Origin: Trichoplax sp. H2
Lineage: Eukaryota
NCBI GenBank assembly: GCA_003344405.1
Contig: NOWV01000031.1
Coordinates: forward strand, 1 to 64,000
Reading direction: 5' to 3'
DNA: 64,000 nt
Under the pieces are notes generated by a model. The model did no database searches. It had not been told where the DNA came from and saw nothing but the letters and a program-made list of their open reading frames with translations. Below, in pieces: positions 61,067 to 64,000 of this stretch. A program made the position numbers and the translations under genes. How positions within the stretch are numbered: the stretch's first letter is position 1; each line of letters starts with the position of its first letter.

Positions 61067-61797
61067 CTACTAGTCCATGGTAGTACAGTAGTGTCTTTCA
61101 GGTACAGAATTTATTATTAAGTTTTACAAAAGTATAGAGGGTCTAAAATCACATTCAATCTTGGCAGTTTCAATATCAAGCAAACTTATGCTATAAAATC
61201 TTCAATAGCCTATTGCAATAATTATCCTTAATGAGACTATTTATACTTTAGAGCACTAATAGGACGATATTGATAGCGTAATTTTATATGAAATAAATTC
61301 GTAACAATCTGATACACCGTACCTCATTTCTGAACTATCGTAGTAGAAGAATTCCAATTGGCCAACCAAGACGTACAACAATTAATCAACGCCGAAAATG
61401 TCGTATGGGATTAAATTATAGGATAAAATTGTCTTATCTACTAGTCCATAGTAGTACTGTATTTCGGCTACAGAATTTATCATTAAGTTTTACAAAAGTA
61501 TGGAGGGCCTAAAATTGCACTAAATATATATATATATATAGCGGTTTCAATACCAAGCAAATTTATGCCATAAAAATCTTCTATAGTCTATCGCAACAAT
61601 TATCCTTCATGAGACAATCTGTACGTAAAAGCAACAATATGACGAAATTGATAGCGTAATATTATATGAAATAAATTCGTAGCAATTTGTTACCCATACT
61701 TTCATTTGTAAAATATTGTAGAAAAAGGATTCTAATCGATCGGCCATGACGTACGACAATTAATTAACACTGAAAATGTCGTATTAGTTTAAATTAT
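61067..61797. repeat. Diverged tandem duplication, ~370-bp unit, 2 copies
   Basis: TCTACTAGTCCAT...AAGTTTTACAAAAGTAT...AAATGTCGTAT...TTAAATTAT starts at 61067 and again at 61437. Confidence 0.82.
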
Positions 61798-63119
61798 CTT
61801 ACGCAAGCTATTATGAGAATGCTAAAAGTCAATTTTATATACGATAGCATACGCTAATTCTCAATACTTAATGCCTTGAATTGGTGTACTGTATTATGAC
61901 TTAATCCAATTGATACTGTGAAAGGTATACGCAAGTATGGTGAATTGGAAAGGTGATCACCATTTTTAACTCAACACAGTCTAGCTTTAACGAATCACAA
62001 AATTATATATATCAACTCGGGTACGCTGCTTGAATGCATTAGGATAGTAGAAAGGCCACTACATCAATATCAATGATCAAGGTATACGAGTACGATTGCT
62101 TTTAATTTCTTGAACATTTTACAAACACAGTATGATCAATAATTACGCGCTTTGAGTACAAATTTTCAGTAACTTCTAAGTCAATTTTAAAAGTGTAAAG
62201 AGAATAATGTGAAAATTGTTACGTATTGATTCTCAATCTTATACCGGTTTAGCGTGAACTAATTTAAGCACTATGCTCTATAACTGTAGATGTCTTTTAT
62301 GTCAGGGTTAGGCTTAGGGTGGATATTGATTCCCAATACTATAAACGCATTTGCAGAACAATGTGCAATATACAGTTTAAGGATTTAAACCACTACTTCA
62401 AGTATTACTTATCTACAATCCATGATATAAACAATGAAAGTTCAATAGTCAGGAGTTTAGATAACAATGTATTTCGTTTATTCATGTTTTATTAATATAA
62501 ACTATTACAAATCACAAATACATATTAGATCAGATCATCACACAATCTAATACATCAAACATTGGTTGAAAGTTGTACAATCAACTGCATTCCAGTGATC
62601 ACAGATACTCTTGTTGTATACTGCATGAAGCCATTTCAACAAGATATAGCAATCTAAGGTCACACACTATTTAATCATCGATGAATTACACCAATAGCTC
62701 CAGTAACATTACTAATAACGCACGCACTTATAAGTATTGCACGACACAGATCAAATTTCCCAATTTATTATTATGATACCCATACAAATAAAATATAAAT
62801 TGAAATAAAAGAACATTTTAGTTACGTTTAGAAAGATTACCTATGATCTCACACTACAACCTGACAACAGTTTAGTAAGGGTTCACAATTTACGATTAAA
62901 AATGTTACCTCATAATCCTGTAGCTAAATCAAAAATCGTACAAAAGATGCATCGGTAATAGGTCATTACTAAAATGGTGTTGCTTACTGGAATTATTATC
63001 TATTCTATGACCGCAAAGCGTCATAGTAGAATACCCTATATTAATTGTATTATTCATAGTAAGGGTATTATTATGATTTCATTTTGATAATAACTTATTC
63101 AGCAGATGAACAATGTTTA

Positions 63120-63595
63120 CTAATTCCAGTCTTTTTTAATATCGAATGACCATTCCCACGATAAATAGATATTTTTATCGTCATCAGTGAATTTACTCTT
63201 AACTGAGTAGTGTCCACGCGAAAGCATACCTTTCGGTGCTTCTTCAACAGGGGTTGTGTAATGATGACTATTAGGACTTGGTCCATAACTACCAACCATG
63301 TAGGAACTTTTGTCCACTGAAACATCAGACGTTATCGTTTAGAAGGATGAAAAAGAATTAACCGTAAGCTATATCGGCACCCGAATAGCCCTAATCAGAT
63401 ACTAAATAACTACATACGTATAATGAAGTACATAGCTGAAGAAGTCAAATTTATATAGTACACGAAGTAGTGAATAAAAGATGAAAAGCATTATTACAAA
63501 ATTTCAAGTCACGGTATGACTTTAAAAATACCTCTGATGCCTTTTCGTGATACGACTTGCATGTATTTTAATCCTGACACGATTTCATGTTGAAT
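63120..63595 (-). CDS. ARHGDI: Rho GDP-dissociation inhibitor, last two coding exons (upstream exons not found in the window)
   Basis: Exons 63532-63595 ([21 protein letters not shown]) and 63120-63316 ([13 protein letters not shown]...[41 protein letters not shown]), the RhoGDI C-terminal signature. Confidence 0.93.
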
Positions 63596-64000
63596 CTACA
63601 TTAAAAAAAAGTCAATTTAGATAGTAAATTAATAGGTAGCTTTGATGAATAGGTGTATTTCGCAATCTTGTAAGAATGCGTCATGACATCAATTCTTTAA
63701 ACTTAATCAAATACACATTTCGAGTCTATATTTACAGTAGGGTCATAAACATCACAAACTATTGAAATTAGAATTTTTGAACCGAAACAACCGCTACAGT
63801 CGATTCAGGAATCACTACTCATAATGCAAGCCTAGTTACACGAACTGCGTAATCTGCATGACAGCCTTAACTGGTAATCATTTATACCACCAACTTAACG
63901 GATATAAATACTGTCTATCATACAACAAATTGGTTATGAAAAGAAATAGCCAATTTCACATCGTTGCAAAATAAATTATCGTAACATAATTCAACCACTG

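Noticed and set aside
62301..62322. TTAGGG-like words
   Set aside because: Only 2-3 imperfect units, too short to call an interstitial telomeric repeat.

Overview
AT-rich, intron-containing eukaryotic (animal) DNA with GT-AG introns, most likely placozoan (Trichoplax-like). That assignment is an inference from the gasdermin and the TPR/Roco gene style. Housekeeping genes: RNF113/Cwc24 (-, 602-2974), a G-protein gamma subunit (+, 11628-13289), protein disulfide isomerase (-, 51822-57011, with a perfect ERSE upstream) and the 3' end of RhoGDI (-). Between them lies a candidate innate-immune/cell-death locus. It holds a 3-exon, pore-domain-only gasdermin (6809-9039) and a tandem family of 42-aa-TPR genes whose normal-sized introns are all phase 1. 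The three family members have different architectures: TPR-CaaX (15753-18903), TPR-Death-ROC-COR-Zn ribbon-Death (22048-28623, with a reading-frame break in COR) and N-myristoyl-TPR-Death (35090-38441). There are also two decayed TPR relics, an orphan single-pass membrane protein gene, Ty3/gypsy fragments and several tandem repeats. All exon models were built by eye from splice consensus and frame continuity and need RNA support.
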